Shown piece by piece: positions 1 to 16,976 of a stretch of 64,000 nucleotides of DNA. The notes under the pieces are model-generated. The model saw only the letters and a list, made by a program, of their open reading frames with translations. It had not been told where the DNA came from and did no database searches. Source of the DNA: Piromyces finnis finn (lineage: Eukaryota > Fungi > Neocallimastigomycota); contig MCFH01000037.1 in assembly GCA_002104945.1 (NCBI GenBank), forward strand, positions 477,121-541,120, given 5' to 3'. The translations under genes and the position numbers were made by a program. How positions within the stretch are numbered: position 1 is the stretch's first letter; each line of letters begins with the position of its first letter.

Positions 1-3244
<3,244 letters not shown>

Positions 3245-4026
3245 TGTTATTATTTTAAGTATTTAAAATGATTTCTTTTATTGTTTCCAATATAGGTAGT
3301 TAAATTATTATTTTTCTATTATATATAATGTTTTCTTTTTTATATGTTACTTTTGATTTGTAATAATTTATTATTCTTTTTTATTTTTTTGTTAAAAAAA
3401 GTAAAATGGTTTCTTTCTTTTTTTTTTTTTTTTTTACTCGATTATTATATCCTAGGAGATTTATAAAAAATTAAAATTATTATAAAATGTATTCAATATA
3501 AGACGTTTCTTTCTCTCTCTTTTTTTTCTTTCTTTATACTGGACTAATGAAAAATTTATTTCCCATTCATTCATTAATTAAACTTTATAAAATTTGAATT
3601 ATTTAAATTTAAATAATTATATAAATATATATAAAGTAATTTGTATACCAACTATGTGTTCAAATTTAATACTATTCTATAAGTAATTCTATATAGTTTA
3701 TTTTATTTTCATGAATTATCTAATAAACCTAATTATTAATTAACACTAATAATCTTATTTAGTATTTTAAGTAAGATAATTAATTTAATATATATTATTT
3801 AATAATAATTTAATATTAATTTTAACTTTTTATTCAATTTCAAAAAAAAAAAAAATTCTAAATTAAAATTTTAGTACTACCTTTCTAATGAATAATATTT
3901 TCAATTTATTTTTTTTTAATTTTTTTTTTCCCTAAATTGATGTTAAATTATTGGTATCAAAAGATGTTTATAAAAAGTTTTTAATAAAAAAAAATAAAAC
4001 CAAGATTTCTAAATATATAATAAATA

Positions 4027-5664
4027 ATGTCAAATATAGTAGAATTATTTCATAAACTAGAGTGTATTCCTTGGGAATATATTGAAGTTGAAAATGAAAA
4101 TGAATACAAGGAAATTTCATCCGTAAAGATAAAACAGGAAAATGATATAGAATTTCAAGAAAGTAATGAAAATATAAAGGATGATAAAAAACCGACAATA
4201 GTTAATTCCGTAAACGAATGTCAAAATAAAAAACCAAAAAAGAATAATTCTTTTGAAGAAAAAATAAAATCAATTAAAACAATAACAAATTTCTCAAATT
4301 CATTAAATTTCAAAAATAATTCTAATTCCAATATAGTAAATAACAACAACAACAACAACAATAATAACAATTCAAATTTAAATTTAACTATATTACCTCT
4401 AACATTATTATCACAAAATATTCCAAATACTACTTTCAATGATAATGATAATAATCTAGAATTTTCAAATTCCAAAATTTCAATTCCAAATTCTAATTCC
4501 AATGTAAAACTTGAATCAATTTCAAAAAATAATTTTATAAGAAATGTCAACAACAAAAGTTTTTATATAAAATACCATTTTAACGGCGATAATAATACTT
4601 ATTTATTTATGATAACAGATATGAAGAATATTTGGTATGAATATATAGATAGTGAAGAGGCTATAAATATTAAAAAAAAGGTTAGTTTTTTTGTTATAGG
4701 AATAAAGGAAGGAAATAAATGGAAAACATGTTATATCTCAAAATTAATTAATAATATTAATATGTAAATGAAAAAGGTAGATATATTAATTATTATATAT
4801 TATAATATATAATACTAATAGAAAAATGCAGTTAATTTTGAAACCCAAAACAATTTAATAGATTTAATACATAATAGTATTAAAAGTAAAGATGTAAATT
4901 CATTCTTCAAAATAAGTCAATATAATAATGACAAACAATATCTATGTGTAAGATTAAGTGTTCCATATATGTATGTTACTTTTAATTGGGATTTTGAATG
5001 TTCTTTGTTATCAGGAAAAATGACTTTGCCAGTAATTAAAAAAGAAAACCAGGAAAGAAAAAGTATATATTATTGATATAAATAAAAAGAGCATATACTT
5101 TTAGTTAAAAAAAATAGTATTTATAAAAAAACCCATCTATATTATTTATAAAAAATATAAAGTTTTTTTTTAATAATATAAAATAATTAATAATAAATAT
5201 TTAATTTTAGATGATTTGGTGGCAAAGTTAGATGGATCAAAAATTTTTTATGAACATCTTACATTACCCATGACTTTAATGATTTCCGAGTTACATCGTA
5301 GAATTCAAAGATATGAAGAAGTAATTATGAAAAAAGAAAAGAATATTAAAATACTATATGACCAATTACTATTATTAGAAGAAACACCTCCAAAAAGTAA
5401 ATATTATGATATAAGTTGAAAAATTCAATAATCGTTTAATATTTATATTATATTATTTTATTATAAAGGATTTAAAATGGAAGAGTTTAATAAAAAAATA
5501 TTTGATGATGAACTACGATATTCGATGGATATAAATTCAAGTGAGCAAACAGTTTTTACACAAGAAGATTTAGTAGATATATATAAGCAAGTTACAACTA
5601 CAGTTTTATCTAAGACATACCCTAATTTATTAAATGGTAATTTATATAATAATTAAAAATAATC

Positions 5665-5695
<31 letters not shown>

Positions 5696-6193
5696 CATTT
5701 TAAATATATATTGATTTTATGTTAATATTAATAAATAAAACATATTAAATATAGATGAAAATAATAATATAACAAATAATGAAAGATTATCACTTATACC
5801 AACATTATTAACCGAATCGAATGAACTTAAAGCGAAAGAAACAATACCAAATAATTTACAATCAAATAATATAAATTCATTTTCATCCCTTTCATATAAC
5901 GATTCAAATGAAATACCACCTCAAGATGATGAAGATAATAACAATCAAAGTTTATTGGAAGAGTTAGAAAAAGAAAAAAATCAAGAGGTAATTATATATA
6001 TATATATATACATATATTATTGAAGAAATTTTAATTATTAATCCATTTCATTTTATTTATATTACTTTAATAAATGTTTAAAAATAAATGATAGGCAATT
6101 AATAATATAATGAAAAATAAAAGAAATAAAATTGAGACTATAATAAATAAGAAAAAAGATAAAAAGAAAGTAAAAAAGAGAAAATTAGTTTAG
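4027..6193 (+). CDS. NHEJ1: XLF/Cernunnos/Nej1 family NHEJ factor; 5 exons
   Basis: Spliced product has XLF-like motifs in the correct order: LECIPWEYI (cf. human LMQPWAWL), YLFMITDMKNIWYE (cf. YALLVSDLQQVWHE), FNWDFEC (cf. FYWNFHC), FYEHLTLPM plus coiled coil (cf. VSQHLIRPL), FKMEEFN (cf. TEPFEEN). Ends with a basic tail KKVKKRKLV and TAG at 6191-6193. Comparison is from memory of the family; no search was run. Confidence 0.75.
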
Positions 6194-6876
6194 TCATTAT
6201 ATATATATATATGAAAAACAGTAATATTAATAACCTTTTTAATACAATCATCAAAATAAAAAAAAAAAAAGTTAAAATGAAAAGCAACAAAGCTTAAATA
6301 AAGATAAAAAAAAAAAAAAAATAAAACTAATTAAATAAAAAGAAACATTACAATTTTCCATAAAACTAATAAACAAAAGGGAATAATTATTCATTCATTT
6401 ATGTATTTGTTTATCCATTATATAGAGATCTGCAAAAAATCTCATATATACTTAATAGTTTAATTTGAATAAATATTATAATTATTATTATTATTTTTTA
6501 TAATTTAATTTTAAATGTGATTTTTTTTTTTATTTTAAATTTTATTTATTCATTATTATTTTAAAGTAACAACAATGACAAAAACAAATTACATAAAACA
6601 AAAAAGGATAGATTAGTTTAAAGACTAAGTAATTAATAAAATGAATTAAATTGAATAAAATATTTTAAATGTAATAACACCATAAATATATTAATGTGAT
6701 GATAATTATTATAAAAAAAAAAAAGAGTGTAACAAAACTGATTGAAGAATTATTTTTCATGATTTGATTTTTTTTTTTTTTAAAAGATATTTTATCTTTT
6801 CATTCATACATTTATATAGAATTTTTTATAACCCCTATCTATTTTATTTTTTAATATCTAATTTTTTTTTTTTATT

Positions 6877-8778
6877 TTAATTTGTTTTATTGAGTTCCAT
6901 ATCTAACAATTTACTCATTCTTAATCTTTCTAAACATTTCTTATAATAATCTCTTTCTTCCATAGGTACACTACTATTGTAAACATTTCCTCTAAGAAAA
7001 TCAAATACTTCTTGTAAATCCTTTTCAGAAGTTAATTTATTATTAAATTTTTCTTCTTCTAACATTCCGTTGATTATGTTTTTCATATTTTGTGGGTCAA
7101 ATAAAGAAGTTCTATCAATGCTAGAGGATTGAGATAATGATGTTGTAAAAGAAGAAACTAACAATGAATTATTGTTAATTATTTGGGTATTTTTATTTTC
7201 CTTGTTACTGCAATAACCAATATTATTAGAGCTTTGCTTATCATTTGCATTAATATTAATATTGATGCTTATATTATTTAAAGAATTACTAACACCACTA
7301 TTATTTTGGAATATATTAATATTATTGTTTATATTTATAATAGATGGTGAGTCTGTACTAGATGAAGATACGGGTTCTTGTGTATGAATAGTAGAAGAGG
7401 AAGATAATGCTATCATAGAAACTTGTCTATTTTTAGTTTTATTTGATTTTACATTTGAATTTATAATGAAGTTTGAGAATGATGTTGAATTTACAAATGA
7501 AGAATTTGTATTTGATATGTTGGAGTTAATGCGAGTAATTGGTGGTGTTAATGGGGTTGGTATCATAAATTCATTGATATTTTCATCGAATATTTCTGGT
7601 TCACTAGCATGTGCTAGTGGGAAATAACCAGTTTTATTTTTATTTTCTTCATCAGAAATAACCTTACCAGTTGCCCAACCATCTTTGTATACATTAATAA
7701 TTTCAACTTTATCACCTAGATGTAATTTTAATTCATCTGAACGAACTGGTATATAGTTTTTTACAATAGTACAAATCATTTTAATAGGTGGCATAGCAAT
7801 ATTTTTGGTATTAATAGATAATCTTTTTTTATTTAAATTCATTATCGAAAGATTACTTGGTTTTTTATTTTGATTTCTAGTATTAGTACTAATTTCATTA
7901 TTTTTTCTAAATTTCTTAATATCGTTGTTTGATTCTCTGCTTGATGAATCACAAAGTAAATTATTTTTACTTGGTTTGATATTTAAAGAAATACGTCTTG
8001 GCGCTATAACGCTTGTACTATTGATTCTTACATTACTAGAAAGTCGTTTATCCAATTTTCTGTGTCTAAGTTGACATTCTTCATCATCAGAAGCTGCCCA
8101 TCCATTATTTTTACGAATTTCTAATATTTCTTCTTCTGTAAGCTCATAAAAATTCCTTGTATTATTTTTGTTATGTTTTCTTTTATTAATTTTGTGAAGA
8201 AATTGCTTTTCTTCTTCAGTTAATGAAGTATATGAATTATTCAATTTTTCATTTTTATTTATTGCTTCTAATTCTTCTTTAGTTAAATTGAAAATACTAT
8301 TTCTTTTTCTTTGGTAAACATTGAAAAAGCCCACACCAACTAAAGCAATTGATACAATACCACCACCATACATATAATAACTATTTTCACTTTTACTATT
8401 TTCATTATTATTATTGGCTTCATTAGTATTATTATTTGAATTCTTTGCTTTTTCAACTATAATAGAATTCTTACTTTCTTTTTTAGTATTGGATTCTTTA
8501 GTATTTTCTTTGCTTATATCATCGTTAGTGTGAATATTTATTTTTGACTTTAAATTGAAAGATTCATGTTCCTTCTCTATAAATTTTTTTCTATATTCAA
8601 AAGAAAATTCAGGGTTTAATAATTTTATTGGATCTTTTTTTGATAAGACATGTTTATGATGTTTTTTCTTTTGATTTTTATTTATTATACCATTACCATG
8701 AACTATTTGGGTAATACATAAATAAAGAATAACAAGTTTAATAAATAATTTATGATTAGCCATGTTTGTCATTTTCAT
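6877..8778 (-). CDS. Intronless single-pass membrane protein with a cytoplasmic SH3 domain (Fus1-like topology, function unknown)
   Basis: Long ORF, first ATG at 8778. Signal peptide LFIKLVILYLCITQIVHG; TM segment YMYGGGIVSIALVGVGFFNVY followed by QRKR; SH3 CTIVKNYIPVRSDELKLHLGDKVEIINVYKDGWATG...GYFPLAH. Confidence 0.85.
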   Translation of the reverse strand: MKMTNMANHKLFIKLVILYLCITQIVHGNGIINKNQKKKHHKHVLSKKDPIKLLNPEFSFEYRKKFIEKEHESFNLKSKINIHTNDDISKENTKESNTKKESKNSIIVEKAKNSNNNTNEANNNNENSKSENSYYMYGGGIVSIALVGVGFFNVYQRKRNSIFNLTKEELEAINKNEKLNNSYTSLTEEEKQFLHKINKRKHNKNNTRNFYELTEEEILEIRKNNGWAASDDEECQLRHRKLDKRLSSNVRINSTSVIAPRRISLNIKPSKNNLLCDSSSRESNNDIKKFRKNNEISTNTRNQNKKPSNLSIMNLNKKRLSINTKNIAMPPIKMICTIVKNYIPVRSDELKLHLGDKVEIINVYKDGWATGKVISDEENKNKTGYFPLAHASEPEIFDENINEFMIPTPLTPPITRINSNISNTNSSFVNSTSFSNFIINSNVKSNKTKNRQVSMIALSSSSTIHTQEPVSSSSTDSPSIININNNINIFQNNSGVSNSLNNISINININANDKQSSNNIGYCSNKENKNTQIINNNSLLVSSFTTSLSQSSSIDRTSLFDPQNMKNIINGMLEEEKFNNKLTSEKDLQEVFDFLRGNVYNSSVPMEERDYYKKCLERLRMSKLLDMELNKTN

Positions 8779-10433
8779 ATTTATGAAGTAATTCAAAAAT
8801 TTATTTATAGTTATGTATGTTTATTCTGAATTGGTTTAAACAACTTTAAATATAATGTTTAATATATTAAATTATAACTTTATTTTCATATATATTTAAT
8901 ATTGTTGTTTATATAAAAAGTATTATTACAGTTATAACTCTATAATGATATTTTTTTAAACTTTTGAATTGGTTTTATTTATTGAAATTATGATAAAATT
9001 GATGATTAATAAATTTATTTATAAAAATTTTATTAATTATATTCAAAGTGGGTTAATTTATGATAATTGTTTATTTATCAATATTTATTGTTGATATATA
9101 TTTATTAATTATATTTAATTAATTAATAAAATTGAGATTACTTTTTAATACTGAAATCTAATAAAAAGGTTTCAGAAATAATGTATTTAGTATATATATA
9201 GTTAAATATTTTATAATCTCTTTTATAAATAAGAATTGTTAATAATAATTCTTTTCTATTTTAATTATTTTTTTTAAATAAAAAAAAAACAATTATATTA
9301 TTTCGTAGGTTTTAACATTAATGTATAAAAGAGAGAAATAAATAAATAATTATAAATTTAAAAAAAAAAACCTATAAATTATATATTTATTTTTCTCTTT
9401 TATTTTATTTTTTATATCCTCTTATTTTTAAAATTAAATAAGAAAAAAAATTTTTTTTTTGTGAATTTTAAAATTTTTTGTGTTAAATTAAAAGAAAATA
9501 ATACATATATTATTTTATATTAGAATATATATTAACAATATAACTTAATATAAATAAAATTTAATACCAGAAAATAAAGTTATTTAAATGTTACACAAAA
9601 TATTATAATAAAATAACTATTTATCAGTAACATTTAATAATATATAATATAATATACTATATTATTATAATATATTATTTAAATTGAATATATTTCAATT
9701 ATTTGAATTTATATAAATATTTATTAAATAATATTGAATAAATATTAATAAATAATAGACGAAATATTAAAATATTCCTTTTATAATTATTAAAGTTTGA
9801 AAAATAATAGATAATATATTATTATCGATTATTATATTCAAAAAAAAAATACTATAAAAGGAGAGATAATAATGTAATAATTATCAATAATAACAATATC
9901 AACGGAAACATTAAGAGTACTAAATAATTCTTTTTAAATATGTTACAGTTTTAACGAAATTATTTTCAGATGTTATATTTTTTTAAAAAAAGTACTTATT
10001 TTCAACTTTTTAATATTTTCTTTTCTTTTTTTTTGCATTATCTAATTTTACATTTCTTTATAATCATTTTCTAATAATTAATGTAACATAAAATATTAAA
10101 AGATTTATTGATTTTCAAAATTCTATTTCGTGTAACATATACCAAATTTTCTTTTTCTTTTTTTATTTTATTATTTTAAAATGGTTTAATATAAAAACTC
10201 TTTGAATGTATTGTTGTAATTTAATTATTATATAAAAAGTTAAATTATATTTAATTTGGATAAAATAATAATTAATTTTATATAAATATATTGGATATAA
10301 ATTTTAATATATTTATTTTAAATTAAAATGGTAAATTATATTTAGTATTAAATAAATAAATTAAAAAAAAAAAAGTTGGGTAAATTGATAAAAGAATGCT
10401 TTTTATGAATTAGATTACATTATAAATACTATA

Positions 10434-12446
10434 TTACTGCATATCCCATTTACTTTTTTTAACATATCCTATAAAATATAAAATATCAATTTTAATGATA
10501 ATTAGCATTTTTAAATTACAATTTATTTTATATTTATATTGTATTTTATATGGTATACCTGTTGACGTTGATGAGGTAGTTGTCGAATTTTTAGAATTGG
10601 CTATGGTTACAGGAATATTATTAGGTTTTGAAGAAAATGATAATGAAGCTGATATTTTATTTATATTGGTATTAGCTGCTGCAGCTTTGGCGGCAGCATC
10701 TTTAATTTGTTTTTGAATTTTTGCTGAAACTTCAGCAAGGTCAATTCCACTTGTTTTTGGCATACTAGATTGTACAAATTGTATACTTGGTAAAACACCA
10801 ATACCTCCTTGATTTGGTAATTGAACTGGAACTGGAACTGTTTGTATTTGTACTTTAGTTGTGTTTTGTTTATCTAATAAAAATATAAATAATAAAATAA
10901 TAATTGAGTCAATAATCTATATATTTACAACAACAAAATATAATCTTTTTTATATATTTCCATCAAATAAGCTTTGAAATAAAATGTATTATTTACATAA
11001 TTCTTTGTAATGTGCTTTTTTTGGTAGCATTAATGGATTAAATTTATCTTTTGCAAAATTTGAACCTATTTCTTTAATTCCCAAAGTATCTATTAAATTT
11101 CTTATAATAAATGGATCTTCTAATGCACTGTTCTTGTCAAAATTTTTATCAAATACTAAACCCTTCGCTTTTTTATATCTCCACTCACTAAATCTATTCT
11201 AAAATTCATTGGGAAATTTTGATTAAAATAATTAATAACTTTCAATATTAAGATTAAAATTGAATTTTACAAAATAATTAATAATTACTTGTAACTCGGG
11301 ATCACATTTATCATTTGTTTCAATAGGTAAACCATAGTCTTCTAAAATTAATTTTATATCTTCCATATTACTATCATTATCATTTTTATCTACTACATTT
11401 ATTTCTACTGTACTTTTATTCTCACTTTCCTTATTTTCTTTATCATTTTCACTTGTTGACGATTTATTCTGTTGAGAATTTTCATTATTTGGATTCAATA
11501 AACCATAAATTCTTTTTTTTAATGCATATGTACGTTCTTTATCATGTAAATTTATAACTTTTAACGATGAATTATCGTTATTCAATGTATTATTAATCAA
11601 CTGAGATATTGCTTGTGAAGGATTAGCTCCTGATTCTGTATCTGATGTTGTATTATCTGAATTTATAATTTTTGAAGAAGCTTCATTTTAAAATATATAA
11701 AATTTAAAAAAAAAAAAAAAATCAATATTCAAAATCTTTTATATTTTTAATATTAAATATCTGGATTATATATACTTTTTTGTTTTTGAGAACTACTTGC
11801 TTTTCTTCGGATTAATGATGCAAATAATGAATTAGATTTTTTTGGTCTTGGAGAATTTCCTAGAAATTTTAAAAAATTTTAATATTATTTTATAATAATT
11901 ATGTTTTTTATTTTAATTATCATTATTATTAAATAATACCATTGAGTTTATCTATTGAATTATCTGACATCTGAAATTTATTTAATAGTAATTATTCATA
12001 TTATTAGTCAGTATTTAAATAATAATAGATCTTTAATATTTATTAAAAAAATTTTTTTTCTTTTTACCTTTCTTTTTTTATTAGAAATGTTATTTGAATA
12101 TATAATTACATCTCCATTATTATTTGAATCGGTTGTATCATCATCACTATCATCATCATTATTATAATTGACTAAACTAAGTAAACCTAAAGATATTAAA
12201 TAAAATATTTATATATTTTATTCATTAAATACATTAATAATTATTATAAAATATCTCAATTGAGCATTTATAATTATTATTTAATAACTGATAGTTTTAG
12301 TATATTAATTAAATAAAAAACAATTTACCATGACTATCTGTATTTAATGTACTGTTTGTGGTGTTTGGAGATTTATTACTTGTTTGATTATTGTCATTAT
12401 CACTATCATCATCACTATAATAATTCAAATTTAATAATCCGTTCAT
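10434..12446 (-). CDS. SAP30BP: SAP30-binding protein / HCNGP-like protein; multi-exon
   Basis: ATG at 12446 (MNGLLNLNYYSDDDSD). HCNGP-like core after splicing: GLPIETNDKCDPELQNRFSEWRYKKAKGLVFDKNFDKNSALEDPFIIRNLIDTLGIKEIGSNFAKDKFNP...AHYKEL. C-terminus KKSKWDMQ, stop at 10434. Confidence 0.75.
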
Positions 12447-13740
12447 GCTTTGGTTACGATTTATTTGTTTAGTATTGCCGATTCTTTGATGTTTTATTAA
12501 ATTGCTTATTTATACAATCCTTTGTATATTTTCCTTTAATTATTATATAATATTAAAAAAATTTAAAATAAAAGATTAAAAGATATATTTTAAAAAGATT
12601 TTAAAATTTAATGAAATTCAAATTTAATAAATTTTATTTTAATTAATTTCAGTAGCATTTCATATTTAATATTAAACATATATATAACTTACTTTTTACT
12701 AAATTAAAATCTTTAAATGGCTTATTATTTTTTTATTTTTATTTTTATTATTATTATTATTTTTCTAATAAATTCTTACTATACAATTAATTAAATTAAT
12801 TTGACATTCTTAAAATTTGATTTACTTTATTTTCATTTATATAATTAAATTAACATAAATAATGAAGCCTATAATTAAAGGTTAAAAATCTATTTTACCT
12901 TTTATCTTATAATATATTAATATTCAAGTTAAATATAAATAAAACAAATTGGAAATTTCAATAAAGCAATTTTCAAATGTAGAAGTTGAATGTGTCAGTT
13001 TTGAAAATTTTATATGATTTAATTTTCAAAAAATAGTGTATTATAAATGTAATTAAAAATGTAATTAAAAATGTAATAAAAATGTTTTTCTTTTTTTTTA
13101 CATAAAATTTAAAATAATTTACATTTATCATAGGCAATAAACTTTATAAATATTAGAAATTTATAAATTTAGAAAATTATTACATTAAAAGAAATTAATT
13201 TTTAAATAATAAAACCAAAACAAAATACTAGGTAAACTAAACCCAAGGAATTTATTTAAAAATAAAAAGTAAAAATAAAATCAATATATATAAAATTATT
13301 AAATTTGGAATTAAACAATAAAAACAAAAGGAATAAAATAAATACAAAAATATATAAAACATTAAGCTTATTATATTATCTAATATTATCTTTTATGGAT
13401 AAAAATAAATTTCATTTTAATTTTTACATAAATTATAAATCTTTTCAAAGAAAATTAATATAATTAATTTTAAATAATAAAAAGCAATATATAGATAATT
13501 AAACAAACAAATTAATAGAAACAATTAAATTATAAATATTCTGTTCAAAATTATTTATATTTATTCTAATATTCTTTCATATAATATATATTTAAATATC
13601 ATATTTATAAGAATTAAAAATATTATTAACCCAAAAGTGAGAATCTTCAAATCATTTATATACCTTTATATCAAACTAAGAAAGAGGAAAAAAAAAAAAA
13701 AAAAAAAAAAAAAAAACGAAGTTTATATAAATATATACAA

Positions 13741-16700
13741 ATGAAGAATTGCGATAATTTTCATTTTAATTCCTTACTATGTCAGCTTTTATACACATTA
13801 TTATTTATTAATGTTATAACAAAAGTATTAGCTAACGAAAAAAATCATAAAGTATTTTTCATTATATTTTTTAATATTAAACATAATATCAATTTATATT
13901 TAATAATACAATTTTTAAATTTATTTTTAAAAAATGTTAAAAATATATTGAATTTAAAATATAAAATAGTACGAGGATGGAGAGAAAGTTATTCTCTGGG
14001 CCAATACAGTAGGACCATATAGCAATCGTCAAGAAACATATGATTTTGATACATTACCTTTTTGTTTATCTCAAAAAGACAATATTGAGCACCGTGAAAC
14101 TTTAGGTATGTATAATTTACAATAAAAAATTTAGGGATATTAATAATTAAGAAATTTAATTATTTATAATTTTAACTATTAAAATTAAAGGTGAAGCTCT
14201 ACTTGGATATGATTACAAAAATACTGGTTTAGAAATTAACTTTAAAGGTAAGATATAGGAATTTTATTTTATTACTAAAATAAATAATCAATATAAAAAA
14301 AAAATTATATATTTAATATTATTTGTAATATAAATATTTAGTTGATATGGAAAATAAGAGTATTTGTAAAAAAATTTTGAATGCCTCGGAACTTGAAAAA
14401 TTTATATATGCTATTAAAAACAATTATTGGTTCGAAATGTATATGGATGATTTACCAATACATGGTAATTTAACAATGAAAACAACGTAATAATTTATCA
14501 ATTAAACTTTGCATTCTTTCTAACCTATTTCTAATATAGGGCTTGTTGGAGAATTGAAAGATAAAGATGTTTATTTGTATACTCATTATGAAATAATAGT
14601 AAAATATAATGAAGAAAGAGTGAGTAAAAAATTAATATTTAAAAAAGAAAATAAATAACAACTCTGTTATAAACTTATAATAATATAATTTATATTATTA
14701 ATTTTTTTTTCTTTTTCTTTTCATTTTTTAATCTTATAAAATTTAAATAAAGATCATTCAAGTCGATTTTAATAAGTAAATATTAATATACAAGCATTTC
14801 TCTTATCGAAACCATTTTCTCTATTGTTTTAAATAATTAAATTTACTAAATATATTATTTTTAAAAATCATAGTGATAATCGTAAACCAATAAAGTTACC
14901 AGAACTTCCATCATATGAAGAAATTAAAAAAAATAAAAATGCATTGTCAAAAATAATAAGCAATATTGAATTTTCATATTCAGTTAAATGGGAAAAAACA
15001 AACATTCAATTTAGAGACAGGTTTGATCGTTATTTAGAATCATCCGCTTTAGAATTTAAAGTAAAAATTTTTTTAGTAAAATATATGATTTTCATTACTC
15101 TAAAAAGTACTAAATTAATAACAAAAAATTATAATTTTTATTTTTAGATCCACATTATAGCTGTTATAAATTCTATAATTATTGCTTTCCTTTTAATTGC
15201 AATTGTAATTACAATTCTTTATAAAACTTTAAAAACGGATTCAAAGAGTTCAAATGATTTAGAAGCTGGTTTATTAAATTTTGTAAGTTAGATGTATAAA
15301 TTATTAATGCAACATTAAATCCTTTTTTTTTTATTAATCAATTAATAAATATGTTTAAACCTAACAGGATACTGATTTTGGAGATGATTATGGTTGGAAA
15401 TTAGTTCATGGTGATATTTTCCGTCGTCCACCACACTGTGCAATTTTATCAACTTTATTAGGTTCTGGTATTCAATTAATTATCCTTTCATTCATTGTTA
15501 TAGTATATACCATGCTTAGAGATCTTTATATAGAGTATGCTTATTTAATTATTAATTTTATAAAAATAATAATTTTTATATTCCTTATTCTAAATAATAA
15601 ATAATTATTTTTTACTCAATTTTATTAAATAGGCAGGCAACAATATTAAGTTCTATTATATTTATCTATGCTATTACATCCATGATTGGTGGTTACTACA
15701 GTGGTAGTTTTTTCGCCAAATATGGAGGAAGAAGTTGGATTAAAAATATGTTCTTAACAGCATGCCTTTTTCCATGTATCATTGGAGGCGTTACCCTTAT
15801 AATAAATTTTATTGCTATATATTATCAAAGTTCAAGAGCAATTCCATTTAAATCAATGGTAAATTAAAATTATATATATTATAAGATTTAATATCTTATC
15901 AACATTAAATAATAAAAAAAAAATAATATCGATAATAATATATTATTAAAAAAATATTATTTATATAATTTTTTTTTTTTAAATATGTAATATCAAACAG
16001 TTAAGTATATTTGCTATATGGTTATTTATAATTTTCCCATTAACTTTATTTGGTTCTATTATTGGTAAAAACTTTGCAGGAGATTCAAATAATCCATGTA
16101 GAACCAATTTAATTCCAAGACCAATACCAGAAAAACCATTGTAAGTAATAGTAACGTAATTTTTTTAAATATAATTATTTAAAGAGTATCATATAGATAC
16201 TAAATTAATATATATTGTTGATTTAGTTATTACCAACCAGTAATATTAATTTTAATGTCAGGAATTTTACCATTTGCCTCAATTTTAATTGAAGTATTTT
16301 TCCTTTATTCTTCTTTCTGGGCATACAAAATTTACTCCGTCTATGGCATTATGCTTATAATGTTATTTATTTTAGCAATTTTAACTGCATGTGTTTCAAT
16401 TATATCAACATTTATATTATTAAATGCTGAAGATCACAGATGGTATAATAATACATTTAATAATATATCTATGTTTTGTAATAATTTTAATATTTTTATT
16501 AATTAAATTATCTATCATTTTATATTTTATTAAAAACTATTAGGCCATGGACATCTTTCTTCTCAGGTGCTTCTACTGTTATATACATATTTTTATTCTC
16601 AGTATACTATTTCTTTAATAAGACAAAGTAATTTTCTTTATATATATTAAATATAAAAAGTATAATAAATAAAAAAGGACAGAATAATATTAAATATCTA

Positions 16701-16976
16701 TTAAATTAATTAATAATAATTGAATAAATATTTAGATCAATTAAAAAAAAGTTATTGATATAAAAATATCACTAAATTTTAATTTTATAATTAACCTAAC
16801 TTATATATCATCGAATTTTATTAATTTTTAGAATGCATGGTCTTTTCCAAATAATATTTTACTTTGGTAATACTACAATAATATGTCTTTTACTAACATC
16901 AATTTTGGGTACCATTGGATATACAGCATCCAATTGGTTTGTAAGGAAAATCTATACAAATGTTAAAATTGATTAA
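13741..16976 (+). CDS. TM9SF3: Transmembrane 9 superfamily (EMP70/nonaspanin) protein, TM9SF3-like; multi-exon
   Basis: Signal peptide; [26 protein letters not shown]; [11 protein letters not shown]; [16 protein letters not shown]; [30 protein letters not shown]; C-terminal IYTNVKID* (KxD Golgi-retention motif). Confidence 0.92.

Noticed and set aside
13045-13085. Three copies of the 12-mer AAATGTAATTAA in the SAP30BP/TM9SF3 divergent gap
   Set aside because: Short, AT-only and compatible with slippage; nothing supports a regulatory role.
15535-15632. TM9SF3 intron starting GTATGCTT, a possible GT-AG U12 intron
   Set aside because: +5 is G (ordinary GTATG U2 donor), and there is no TCCTTAAC-like branch near the AG.
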